Shown one piece after another: positions 55,604-64,000 of a stretch of DNA of 64,000 nucleotides. Below the pieces are notes generated by a model. The model saw only the letters and a list, made by a program, of their open reading frames with translations, made no database searches and was not told the origin of the DNA. Each line of letters begins with the position of its first letter. Positions within the stretch are counted from its first letter, which is position 1. Origin of the DNA: an uncultured Alphaproteobacteria bacterium. Its GTDB lineage: Bacteria > Pseudomonadota > Alphaproteobacteria > CAVTAV01. The stretch lies in the NCBI GenBank assembly GCA_963822835.1, contig CAWGIZ010000012.1, positions 76,382 through 140,381 on the forward strand. Reading direction: 5' to 3'. The translations under genes were made by a program, and so were the position numbers.

Positions 55604-55757
55604 CAAATAGTCGTTGATTATTCGCTAATCGGAGTAGCGCGACTCTCTATTCGGCATTATTGGCGCCGATTAACAGATTTTTTCTTGTGATGACCGAGAC
55701 TTATCGGTGATCCCCGTGGATTCACTCGGCGTCCAGTGCCGGTGAGAACGGCAAGCC

Positions 55758-56780
55758 ATGGCAGGAAAAATGCTCATCGCGCCGAAGCCTAGTAACGAGG
55801 CCGAACGCCTTACGCGGCTGGCCAGCTACAACATCCTGGATACCGGGCCGGAAGAGACCTTCGACCGTATCACGCGGCTTACAGCGCGCATGTTTGGTGT
55901 GCCCATCGCGCTGATTTCGTTCGTGGATGGGACACGGCAATGGGTCAAGTCTTCATTCGGTCTGGACGTGCAGGAGACGGCGCGCGAGGCGGCCTTCTGC
56001 GCGCATACGATCCTGCGCGATGAGGTGATGGTCGTTCAGGACGCGGCCAAGGATCCTCGTTTCTCGCAGAATCCGATGGTTAGGCAGCAGCCTCATATTC
56101 GTTTCTACGCTGGCGCACCCCTGGTGACGCCCGATGGCCTGAGCCTCGGCAGCCTTTGTATCATCGGCCGCTCACCGCGCGATCTCTCCGGCGAGGACCG
56201 GGACTCGCTGCTCGATCTGGCGCGCCTCGTCGTCCAGTCCCTGGAGCTGCGCCGTCTGGCGTCGATCGATCCGGTGACCGAGTTGCCGAACCGGCAGTTC
56301 TTCGAAGACGTCCTGGGCCGGGAAGTGAAGCGGGCGAGCCGCACCGGCCGTGGCCTCGCTGTCGTTCTCGTTTCGCTGGACCGGCTGGACGAAATGGCCG
56401 AGGCGCTCGGCGCGGTCGTCGGCGATCAGGTGCTGCAGCGCGTGACACAATTGCTGCGCGGACAGTTGCGGGATTCGGACCTTCTGGTGCGCTATGGGCC
56501 CCAGCAATTCGCCATGCTGCTTCCGGATACCGATGCCCAGGGCTCATCGCTGGTCGCCGAGCATCTGAGGCAGGAGCTGGAATTTGCCTCGTTCATGACT
56601 GAAAAAGGCGACGTGTCGGTCACCGCAAGTATCGGCGTGGCGCAATGCGACCCCGGCAAAGAGACCGTCGAGCAGACCCTCGCCCGGGCCGCCGAGGCTA
56701 CAAAGGTTGCCGCGGATGGCGGGGGAAACCGCGTTTCGCTGGACCCGAGCGCCGGAGGGTCAGAACTCGAAACCCGGTGA
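55758..56780 (+). CDS. GAF domain protein with degenerate GGDEF domain (GPQQF; I-site RxxD retained)
   Basis: 340-aa ORF. The N-terminal GAF domain reads NEAERLTRLASYNILDT..FCAHTI..FYAGAPL. The C-terminal domain aligns with PleD in this window: DPVTELPNRQFF, then SLDRLDEMAEALGAVVGD versus [18 protein letters not shown], and RDSDLLVRYGPQQFAMLLPDT versus [21 protein letters not shown]. Confidence 0.8.
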   Translation: MAGKMLIAPKPSNEAERLTRLASYNILDTGPEETFDRITRLTARMFGVPIALISFVDGTRQWVKSSFGLDVQETAREAAFCAHTILRDEVMVVQDAAKDPRFSQNPMVRQQPHIRFYAGAPLVTPDGLSLGSLCIIGRSPRDLSGEDRDSLLDLARLVVQSLELRRLASIDPVTELPNRQFFEDVLGREVKRASRTGRGLAVVLVSLDRLDEMAEALGAVVGDQVLQRVTQLLRGQLRDSDLLVRYGPQQFAMLLPDTDAQGSSLVAEHLRQELEFASFMTEKGDVSVTASIGVAQCDPGKETVEQTLARAAEATKVAADGGGNRVSLDPSAGGSELETR

Positions 56781-57224
56781 GCCGGGCAGGGCATGCCGGG
56801 CGCGAAAGAGATCGGCAGGTTCGAGGTCGACTGCCTTACAGAACCCCAAGACGTTGTTGTCGTCCTGAAGAACGAAATCCAGAACGCCACCGAGAAAGGC
56901 CGGATCCGCCGCCGATGTCTTGAGGTCTGTAATGCCGAAACCCGTGGACGCCATGAACGCATTCAGTGTGTCGTCGTCGGCGGCGATAAAGGCAAGCGCT
57001 TGTAGCGCAATGGTTTCCGCGGCGGCTGCTTTCACTGTTCCTGGTCCGGTTCCTGGGGCCGGTTTGGCCAAAGCTAACGAAACATTAGGATTACCTGAGC
57101 GAAAGTGCGCGGTATAGGGTAAACGGCGCACCGGGCGCTTGGTGATCCATCCTGCGGATGCTAAGAGCAGAGATTGATTGTCGTGCACACCATTCGCCGA
57201 TTGCGCGTTTCGATTCTGAGGCAT
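56760..57224 (-). CDS. DUF3572-like protein (start uncertain)
   Basis: The conserved-looking part is the C-terminal ~90 aa (AAAETIALQALAFIAADDDTLNAFMASTGFGITDL..VLGFCKAVDLEPADLFRARHALPG). It is divergent from divK, as I recall for DUF3572 in alphaproteobacteria. ATG 57224 would lie 2 nt from the divK ATG, so an internal start such as GTG 57035 is more plausible. Confidence 0.5.
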   Translation of the reverse strand: MPQNRNAQSANGVHDNQSLLLASAGWITKRPVRRLPYTAHFRSGNPNVSLALAKPAPGTGPGTVKAAAAETIALQALAFIAADDDTLNAFMASTGFGITDLKTSAADPAFLGGVLDFVLQDDNNVLGFCKAVDLEPADLFRARHALPGSPGFEF

Positions 57225-57226
57225 GA

Positions 57227-57595
57227 ATGTCGCGGACCATCTTGATCGTCGAAGATAACGAACTGAACATGAAGCTGTTTCATGATCTGCTCGTTGCGCA
57301 TGGATACACCATCCTGCAGGCGAACAACGGTCACGACGCCCTTCGACTCGCTCGCGAGGAAAAGCCCGATCTCATCCTGATGGACATTCAGCTTCCCGAG
57401 ATCTCCGGTCTGGACGTGACCCGGATGATCAAGGAGGACGAGGATATCAGGAGCATCCCCGTCGTCGCCGTCACGGCGTTCGCCATGAAGGGCGACGCGG
57501 AGAAATTCAAGCAGGGCGGGTGTGAGGCCTATATCGCAAAGCCGATCTCGGTCGCGAGCTTCATCGAAACCGTCCGCAAATTCGTGGGCCCCTAA
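57227..57595 (+). CDS. divK: single-domain response regulator DivK
   Basis: 122-aa ORF reading [58 protein letters not shown], very close to Caulobacter DivK as I remember it. Confidence 0.85.
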   Translation: MSRTILIVEDNELNMKLFHDLLVAHGYTILQANNGHDALRLAREEKPDLILMDIQLPEISGLDVTRMIKEDEDIRSIPVVAVTAFAMKGDAEKFKQGGCEAYIAKPISVASFIETVRKFVGP

Positions 57596-57632
57596 GGCTC
57601 AAGCGCAAGGACGTCGAAGGGTACAGTAACGA

Positions 57633-59042
57633 ATGACCGCCCGCGTACTCGTCGTGGACGATATCCCGCGAAACGTAAAACTGCTGGAAGCGAAACTCAC
57701 CGCCGAATATTTCGAGGTGATCGGCGCCGAGAGCGGTCAACGTGCGCTCGAGCTCGTCCGTGAGGAGAAGCCCGATATCGTTCTGCTCGACGTCATGATG
57801 CCCGGTATGGACGGCTTCGAGGTCTGCCGCCGTATCAAGGGCGATCCGCAGACAATGCACATTCCGGTCGTGATGGTGACCGCGCTCGATCAGGTTCACG
57901 ACCGGGTCGAGGGGCTACAGGCCGGCGCGGACGATTTTCTGACCAAACCGGTGAACGATCTGGCGCTGTATTCGCGTGTCAAATCGCTCGTCCGGCTCAA
58001 GATGCTGACCGACGAACTGCGTATGCGTCAGTCCACCGGCGAAACGCTCGGCGGAGAGCATAGCGGCGAATTTTCGATCCCGAATGTCGATGGCGACGCG
58101 AAAGTCGTGGTGCTCGAGGACCATCCGAACATCGCCGCGCGCATTTCCAGCGCGCTCGAGGAAATCGGAACGGTGATGGCCACCGACAATGTGGAGCGGT
58201 TCAAGGAACTGACCCAGATGTCGGAGCCGGATCTCATGATCGTCAGCCTCAGCCTGCGCGAGGCCGATGGTCTTCGGGTTTGCTCGATGATGCGGTCGAA
58301 CGAGAAGACCCGGCACATTCCGATCCTGGTGCTGGTGGAAGACGGCGACACCGCCCGGTTGGCCAAGGGGCTGGAGATCGGCGTCCATGATTATCTGGTG
58401 CGCCCGATCGACCGGCACGAGCTGATTGCCCGCGCCCGGACCCAGGTCCGCCGCAAGCGCTACTCGGATTTCCTGAAGAACAGCGTGGACCGGAGCCTCA
58501 AACTGGCCGTCACGGACGCCGTGACCGGTCTGTTCAACCGGCATTACATGTCGAACCATCTGGATACGCTGATGCGGCGCGCCTCGCGCGGCGGCAAATG
58601 CGTGTCGGTGATGATGATGGATCTGGATCGCTTCAAGCAGGTCAACGACGTCTATGGCCATGCGGTCGGCGACGCGGTGCTGCGGGAAGTCGGTGCGGTC
58701 ATCGCCCAGAACGTGCGCGGCGTCGATCTCGCGACCCGGTATGGCGGCGAGGAATTCGTCGTGGTGATGCCGGATACGGATCTCGCCTACGCCAAGGGCG
58801 CGGCCGAACGTCTGCGTCAGCAGATCGGAGAAACAGCCATCTCGATTCGCGAAAACGGCGAATCCAAGACCATCAATGTGACTGTGAGTATCGGCCTGGC
58901 GTCGTCGGCCCCCGATATCAATTCGAGCGAATTGCTGCTCGAAGCGGCGGATAACGCGCTATATCAGGCGAAAAGAACGGGCCGGAATAAGGTCGTATTG
59001 TCGGAGCAAGAGCCGCAGTCGCGGAGCAACTACGCTATTTAA
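57633..59042 (+). CDS. pleD: response regulator diguanylate cyclase PleD (REC-REC-GGDEF)
   Basis: Intact 469-aa ORF with two receiver domains, an active-site GGEEF and the I-site RGVD. It directly follows divK. Confidence 0.9.
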   Translation: MTARVLVVDDIPRNVKLLEAKLTAEYFEVIGAESGQRALELVREEKPDIVLLDVMMPGMDGFEVCRRIKGDPQTMHIPVVMVTALDQVHDRVEGLQAGADDFLTKPVNDLALYSRVKSLVRLKMLTDELRMRQSTGETLGGEHSGEFSIPNVDGDAKVVVLEDHPNIAARISSALEEIGTVMATDNVERFKELTQMSEPDLMIVSLSLREADGLRVCSMMRSNEKTRHIPILVLVEDGDTARLAKGLEIGVHDYLVRPIDRHELIARARTQVRRKRYSDFLKNSVDRSLKLAVTDAVTGLFNRHYMSNHLDTLMRRASRGGKCVSVMMMDLDRFKQVNDVYGHAVGDAVLREVGAVIAQNVRGVDLATRYGGEEFVVVMPDTDLAYAKGAAERLRQQIGETAISIRENGESKTINVTVSIGLASSAPDINSSELLLEAADNALYQAKRTGRNKVVLSEQEPQSRSNYAI

Positions 59043-59202
59043 TCTTGCCTTCCTTGAACTCGACGTGCTTGCGCGCAACCGGATCGTATTTCTTCAGGCT
59101 GAGCTTTTCAGTCATGGTCCGGGGGTTCTTCTTCGTAACGTAGTAGAATCCCGTCCCCGCGCTGCTGACGAGCTTGATCTTCAAAGTAGTCGGTTTAGCC
59201 AT
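59035..59202 (-). CDS. rpmG: 50S ribosomal protein L33
   Basis: This gene is not in the ORF track because it is under 60 aa. The reverse strand reads [55 protein letters not shown]. Its 3' end overlaps the pleD 3' end by 8 nt. Confidence 0.9.
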   Translation of the reverse strand: MAKPTTLKIKLVSSAGTGFYYVTKKNPRTMTEKLSLKKYDPVARKHVEFKEGKIK

Positions 59203-59306
59203 CTCTCAAGCCCTTTCAAGCGGACCATTTCGCACGAGTTGCGTTTGGGAGACGGCAACATACTCGTCCGCGCCGTTCTGTCAAGACCGGCCGCAGATTT
59301 AGCGTC

Positions 59307-59954
59307 CTAGAGCAATTCCGGCTCGAATTTGGCGCCTTTGCGCCAGAAGGTGGGGGTGGAGGCCAGGACGGGCTCTATCCCGTCGGCCACGCACCGTTCG
59401 GCGGTTTCCACGATCTTCTTGGTGATGTCGGGCAGGGGGAGGCCCTGCAATTCGCCGAAGGGCACCCATTTCAGATCCAGCAATTCGCCATTGCTGACCA
59501 GTTCGCCCTCGGTTTCGTTGGCATCCACGAGGAAGAACCGCGCGTCGAAGCGGCGAGGGCGGCCCGGGGGCGTGATCGCCCTGGCGAAATAATGCAGCGA
59601 ACGGAGCGATGGGGCGACGCCGGCGGTGCGGAAGCTGCGCCACAAGTCGCCGGTCAGGCGTTCGGCCATGCGGCTCGACGAGGCGAGCCGGAGCCCGGTT
59701 TCCTCATAGGTCTCGCGGACGGCGGAAATGCCGATGGCGCGGGCTCGCGGCTGGGTGCAGTCCTGCTGAAGCCGTTCCGCGGTTTCCGGGCGGAGTTCGC
59801 TTGCCGCCGGGATCCGCCAGTCGCCCGCGTCGACGCTGCCGCCGGGGAAGACGTAGCGGTTGGGCATGAAGGCGTGGCTGGCGTTGCGGGCGCCCACCAA
59901 CACATGGGTGCCGTCACGCACGATGATCACTGTCGCAGCGTCTTTTGGGCGCAT
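59307..59954 (-). CDS. NUDIX hydrolase
   Basis: 215-aa ORF with a Nudix-box-like FPGGSVD...AVRETYEETGL. Confidence 0.8.
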   Translation of the reverse strand: MRPKDAATVIIVRDGTHVLVGARNASHAFMPNRYVFPGGSVDAGDWRIPAASELRPETAERLQQDCTQPRARAIGISAVRETYEETGLRLASSSRMAERLTGDLWRSFRTAGVAPSLRSLHYFARAITPPGRPRRFDARFFLVDANETEGELVSNGELLDLKWVPFGELQGLPLPDITKKIVETAERCVADGIEPVLASTPTFWRKGAKFEPELL

Positions 59955-60001
59955 AGCCGTCCAAAGCTCAGGATTCGGTCAGGTCCACTGCTCGGGTTCG
60001 G

Positions 60002-60428
60002 TTACGGCGACGGGGCCGCTTCCTCGTCACCGAAGCCGTGCATTCGAAGCGCCCACTGTAACGCAATCAGTGCGCCTTTTATCCGGGGAAGGAGAAAAAG
60101 GCTAAGGCCGACGCAGAGCGGCAGCCAGATCGACATATGAACCCAAACCGGCGGATGAGCGACCTTTTCGGTGATCACGAGCGCGCTGACGAGCACATGG
60201 CCGACGATCAGGATGGTGAAATAGGCCGGCGCGTCGTCCGCCCGCTGGTGGTGAAGCTCCAGCCCGCAATGCGAACACACCGGTTTGACCTTGCTGTATC
60301 CGGAAAATACCGGATCCTTGGCCGCATTCCGGGCAGTGCTTCTGAAAACCGCGCCACATCGCGGGCCAGACAGGCCTTTTCGGGAGTTCGTCATAGATCG
60401 ATTGCCATCCGGGCATGGTAATGGTCAC
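60002..60428 (-). pseudogene. DUF983 family membrane protein, one frameshift at the aaaa run 60304-60307
   Basis: The N-terminal part ..MWRGFQKHCPECGQGS is in the frame of ORF 60102..60428. It continues as FSGYSKVKPVCSHCGLELHHQRADDAPAYFTILIVGHVLV.. in the frame of ORF 60002..60394. Confidence 0.7.
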
Positions 60429-62757
60429 TTTCTTCGTTTCGCAGGCCGACGCGACTTCGACTGTTTCGGGCGGGCCTTAGGTGGCTTGTGAGCCTTAAGC
60501 GACGGCTTGTGGGTCTTTTGCGGCTTGCGCTGGACTTTGGGCTTCGTCTGACCCGAGAAAGGCTTTACCTCCTCGCCGTCGACAAGCTCGAAGCGCATGC
60601 CGCCGGTTATCGCGTCAGCTTCCACAAGCCGGGCCGCAACCCGTTCGCCTAGCCTATAAATATGCCCTGTGCGGTCGCCAACCAAGGAATGTTTTTTCTC
60701 GTCGTGGCGATAATAGTCGTCGCGCAGGCTGCGAATGGGCACCAGACCGTCCGAGCCGGTCTCGTCGAGCGAGATGAAACAGGCCGAAGCGGGTGACGCC
60801 GGAAATCCGGCCGGTGAACACGGAACCCGTGCGTTCGGCCAGATAGGCGGCCAGATAGCGGTCCAGCGCATCCCGCTCGGCGGCGACCGCGCGGCGCTCG
60901 GCATTGAGACAGGGATTCGCCGAATTCGCTGAATTTCTCCAGATCTTCCGGTCTCCAGCCGTCATCGCCCAATTTCAGGGCTGAGATCAGCGCCCGGTGA
61001 ACCACGAGGTCGGAATAGCGCCGAATCGGCGAGGTAAAATGGGCGTAACGCCGCAAATTGAGCCCGAAATGGCCGATATTGTCGTCATTGTATTCGGCTT
61101 GCGCCTGGCTTCGGAGAACGACTTCGCGAGACCATTTCGGCCCTGTCCGTGCCGTCGACTTGTTCAGAATGGCGTTGAAGTTGCTCGGCCTGACTGCCGG
61201 GGATTTGAGGAAGCTTATCCCGATCGACTGCAGGAAGTCGCCAAGCGCCATCAGTTTTTCCTGGCGACGGCCGGTCGTGGATCCGGTAGAGGCAGGGCGA
61301 TTTGTGCTTTTCGAGTTCGGTCGGCGGCCGCGACATTGGTCGCGACCATGAATTCCTCGATCAGCCGATGGGCTTCAAGGCGCACCCGGGGCTGGATCGA
61401 CGCGACATGCCCCAGATCGTCGATCTCTACCTTCCGCTCCGGCATATCCAGATCCAGCGGCTTGCGCCGCTCCCGTTCGCGCTTGAGGGCGCCATAGGCG
61501 GCGAAAAGCGGTTTCAGGACCGGCTCGAGCAAGGGGCCCGGTGACGTCGTCCGGGCGGCCGTCGATCGCGGCCTGCGCCTGTTCGTAGCTCAAATTGGCG
61601 ACGGACCGCATCACGCCGCGGAGAAATTTGTGCCGCGTGCGGTTGCCGTCCTTGTCGAACCACATTTCGGCGACCATGCAGCCGCGCAATTCGCCAGGCG
61701 CGAGGGAGCACAGGTCGCTCGAAAGCTCGTGCGGCAGCATGGGGACGACGCGGTCAGGGAAATAGACCGAGTTGCCGCGCTGGTAGGCTTCCTTGTCGAG
61801 CGCGGTGCCCGGCCGCACATAATGCGCAACGTCCGCGATCGCGACCATGACATGCCAGCCATCGGGATTGGGCGGATCGGGGTCGGCCTCGGCCCATACC
61901 GCGTCGTCCCGGTCGCGCGCGTCGACCGGATCTATGGTGACGAGCGGGACCTTTGTGAGGTCCGATGCGGCCCGCGAGACCGACCGGTTTCGCCCCTTGG
62001 CCTCGTCTGTCGCCGCCTTGCTGAACTCGATCGGGATGCCGTGGCTGTTGACGACGATGAGGCTGACCGCCCGGGCGTCGTCGATATGGCCGAAGCGCTC
62101 CAGCACCCGTGCTTCGCGGACGCCGATACGGCTGGTGCGGCCGTGTTCGATTTCGGCCAGGACGATGTCGCCGTTTCTGAGCACCAGATCTTTCAGGCCG
62201 ATCACCGCATATTCGTTGCGGTCGCGACGGTCGGTCGGGATCAGGCGCGCGACGCCGCCCGGAAGGTGGTTGTAGATCCCGACGAAGCGGTTTTTCTGGA
62301 CCTCGAGGCGGCGGATGATCCGCGCCTCGTATTCGTTGCGATTGATGCGGAACAGCCGGGCGAGCACACGTTCGCCGATGCCGAGTTCGGCGACACGCTG
62401 CTCGCGGCGTTTGGGCGGTGCGAGAAAGATGCGGGGAGGGGGAAAGTCTTCGTCCCATTTGACCGGCTTGGCGAGCAATTCGCCATCGGGGTCCGGTTCG
62501 ATGATCTCCAGCACGGCGACTGGCGGCAATGTGCCCGTCGGGCGCAGCTTCTTGCCACGGCCCTGTTCAACCTCGCCGCCATGTTTCATGTCGCGCAACA
62601 GTTCCTTCAGCTCGACCCGATCGTCGCCCCGGATGCCGAACGCGCGGGCGATCTCGCGTTTGCTCACGCGTCCGCCGTGTTCCTCGATATATTGGAGGAT
62701 CTGGGCCCGTTCGGGCATGGGCGCTTTGTGCGATGCGCCTTTCTTCGGATTATTCAC
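60425..62757 (-). pseudogene. rnr: ribonuclease R, about 5 frameshifts in the C-terminal half
   Basis: The N-terminal 440 aa are intact in ORF 61375..62757 (..TIDPVDARDRDDAVWAE..). The remaining pieces lie in other frames (LEPVLKPLFAAYGALKRERERR..; ELEKHKSPCLYRIHDRPS; QEKLMALGDFLQSIGI..GHFGLNLRRYAHFTSPIRRYSDLVVHRALI; ERRAVAAERDALDRYLAAYL..; S1 domain plus the basic tail ..KPPKARPKQSKSRRPAKRRK). The shifts are near 61535, 61325, 61262, 60905 and 60783. Confidence 0.9.
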
Positions 62758-62834
62758 GTCAAGCGCCAGCCTGGTCTCGGCTCGATGATGGACCGGCGTG
62801 AGGATGACACAAATCGTCCCCGAATGCGCGGGTC

Positions 62835-64000
62835 TTAGTTGGCCGCCTTCTTCTTCGGAGCCTTTTTAGCACCGGTCTTTGCAGCAGCAGCTTTCTTGGG
62901 GGCCGCTTTCTTCTTTGCGGCCGGTTTCGCCTTGGCCGCGGCCTTTTTCTTGGCGGGCTTGCCCGTCGCGGCCTTTTTGGCAAGGAGTTCGACGGCCTGA
63001 TCGACCGTCACTTCCTCGGGCGTCACGCCTTTGGGAAGGGTCGCATTGACCTTGTTGTGCGTGACATAGGGACCGTAGCGGCCGCTCATCACCTTGATCG
63101 TCCCGCCTTCCGGGTGCTCGAGCTCGCGGAGCGCGGAAGGGCTTCGCCGTCCGGATTTCTCCTTGGCTTCGGCGAGCAGGACGACCGCGCGGTTGGCGCC
63201 GACCGTGAAGACTTCGTCCGAGCTGGAGAGATTGGCGTATTTGCCGTCATGGGAGATGTAAGGGCCGTAGCGCCCAATCGACGCCACGATCGGTTTGCCG
63301 GTCTCCGGATGCATCCCGATTTCACGCGGCAGCGACAGGAGCGCGATCGCTTTTTCGAGATCGACATCCGCCGGCGAGACATCCTTGGGAATCGAGGCGC
63401 GCTTCGGCTTTTCGCCTTCCTCGGGCGCCAGCTCGATATAGGGGCCGAACCGGCCGACCTTCAGGCCGATCTCGCGGCCGGTCTCGGGATCCGGGCCCAG
63501 AACCTTCTCTTCGGCCTCGACGCCCCCATTCGCCGTGCCGTCGCCCTGGGTGAGGAGTTGGCGGGTATAGCGGCACTCCGGATAGTTCGAGCAGCCGACG
63601 AAGGCGCCGTAACGGCCGAGCTTCAGGCTCAGACGGCCCACGCCGCAGGTCGGGCAAACGCGCGGATCGGCGTCCGCAGAAACGCTCGGGAAGATATGCG
63701 GGGCGAGCAACTCGTTGAGCGCTTCGAGAACCTCTCCGATGCGAAGTTCCTTGGTGCCGTCGGTTGCCTTTTTGAAGTCTTCCCAGAACCGGCGGAGCAG
63801 ATCGGTCCAGCCGACCTTGCCGGCGGAAACCTCGTCGAGCTGCTCCTCGAGATCTGCGGTGAAGTCGAACGCGACATAGCGCGAGAAGAAGCTTTCGAGG
63901 AAGGCCGTCACCAGTCGGCCCTTGTCCTCGGCGTGGAAGCGGTTCTTCTCCATCCGCACGTAATTGCGGTTTCTAAGCACGTCCAGGATGGAGGCATAGG
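62835..64000 (-). CDS. topA: DNA topoisomerase I, C-terminal part (partial; 5' end beyond window)
   Basis: The frame is open to the window edge. It contains a zinc-ribbon ([30 protein letters not shown]), repeated GRYGPY motifs and a Lys/Ala-rich tail. Confidence 0.95.
   Translation of the reverse strand, partial: YASILDVLRNRNYVRMEKNRFHAEDKGRLVTAFLESFFSRYVAFDFTADLEEQLDEVSAGKVGWTDLLRRFWEDFKKATDGTKELRIGEVLEALNELLAPHIFPSVSADADPRVCPTCGVGRLSLKLGRYGAFVGCSNYPECRYTRQLLTQGDGTANGGVEAEEKVLGPDPETGREIGLKVGRFGPYIELAPEEGEKPKRASIPKDVSPADVDLEKAIALLSLPREIGMHPETGKPIVASIGRYGPYISHDGKYANLSSSDEVFTVGANRAVVLLAEAKEKSGRRSPSALRELEHPEGGTIKVMSGRYGPYVTHNKVNATLPKGVTPEEVTVDQAVELLAKKAATGKPAKKKAAAKAKPAAKKKAAPKKAAAAKTGAKKAPKKKAAN

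Noticed and set aside
57074-57088. CTAAcgaaacaTTAG upstream of divK, considered as a possible CtrA box
   Set aside because: The CtrA consensus is the direct repeat TTAA-N7-TTAA. This sequence is a palindrome with a mismatch in each half-site.

Overview
This is a chromosomal core segment of a high-GC alphaproteobacterium, with the gene order I know from Rhizobiales/Bradyrhizobium-like genomes. It holds about 60 genes, almost all housekeeping. In order: tsf (3' end)-pyrH-frr-uppS-cdsA-dxr-rseP-bamA-skp-fabZ; gltA and gltX (minus); comEC; lexA-moeA-moaC-trpC-trpD-trpG (minus); a YibQ-type deacetylase; trpE and a PpiD-like chaperone (minus); tpiA; secG-pyrG-GNAT-eno; a tri-haem cytochrome c, a cupin and recA; a dihydroorotase-like amidohydrolase (minus); ygfZ-tag; udg and an NYN protein (minus); folK-rpoZ-spoT-DUF2062-pdxJ-acpS-lepB-rnc-era-recO; parC; uvrA (minus); divK-pleD; and rpmG, NUDIX, DUF983, rnr and topA (5' part outside the window) on the minus strand. 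I found no rRNA, tRNA, CRISPR array, transposase, integrase, prophage or recognisable defence or toxin system. Three things stand out. (1) Roughly 50 single-nucleotide frameshifts (hand count), confined to a few 0.5-4 kb blocks, break essential genes (pyrH, frr, uppS, gltX, trpC/D, secG, pyrG, eno, uvrA, rnr), yet the peptide fragments stay well conserved. This looks like patchy sequence quality rather than biology, and several long ORFs in the supplied track are read-through artefacts. (2) Four small accessory insertions sit in the conserved backbone. One is a ~1.2 kb AT-rich islet (lipoprotein plus a very AT-rich TPR-like ORF) between the YibQ-like gene and trpE. One is an autotransporter-like beta-barrel gene between tpiA and secG. 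One is a Gly-rich secreted protein with a VPxPG...RRKR (PEP/VPLPA-CTERM-like) tail between recO and parC. The last is a membrane protein plus a GAF/degenerate-GGDEF protein (GPQQF, RxxD I-site kept) between uvrA and divK. (3) The lipid A genes lpxD/lpxA/lpxI/lpxB that normally flank fabZ in this cluster are absent from the locus. None of this amounts to a clearly new multi-gene system, and I rate the window as mostly ordinary core genome.
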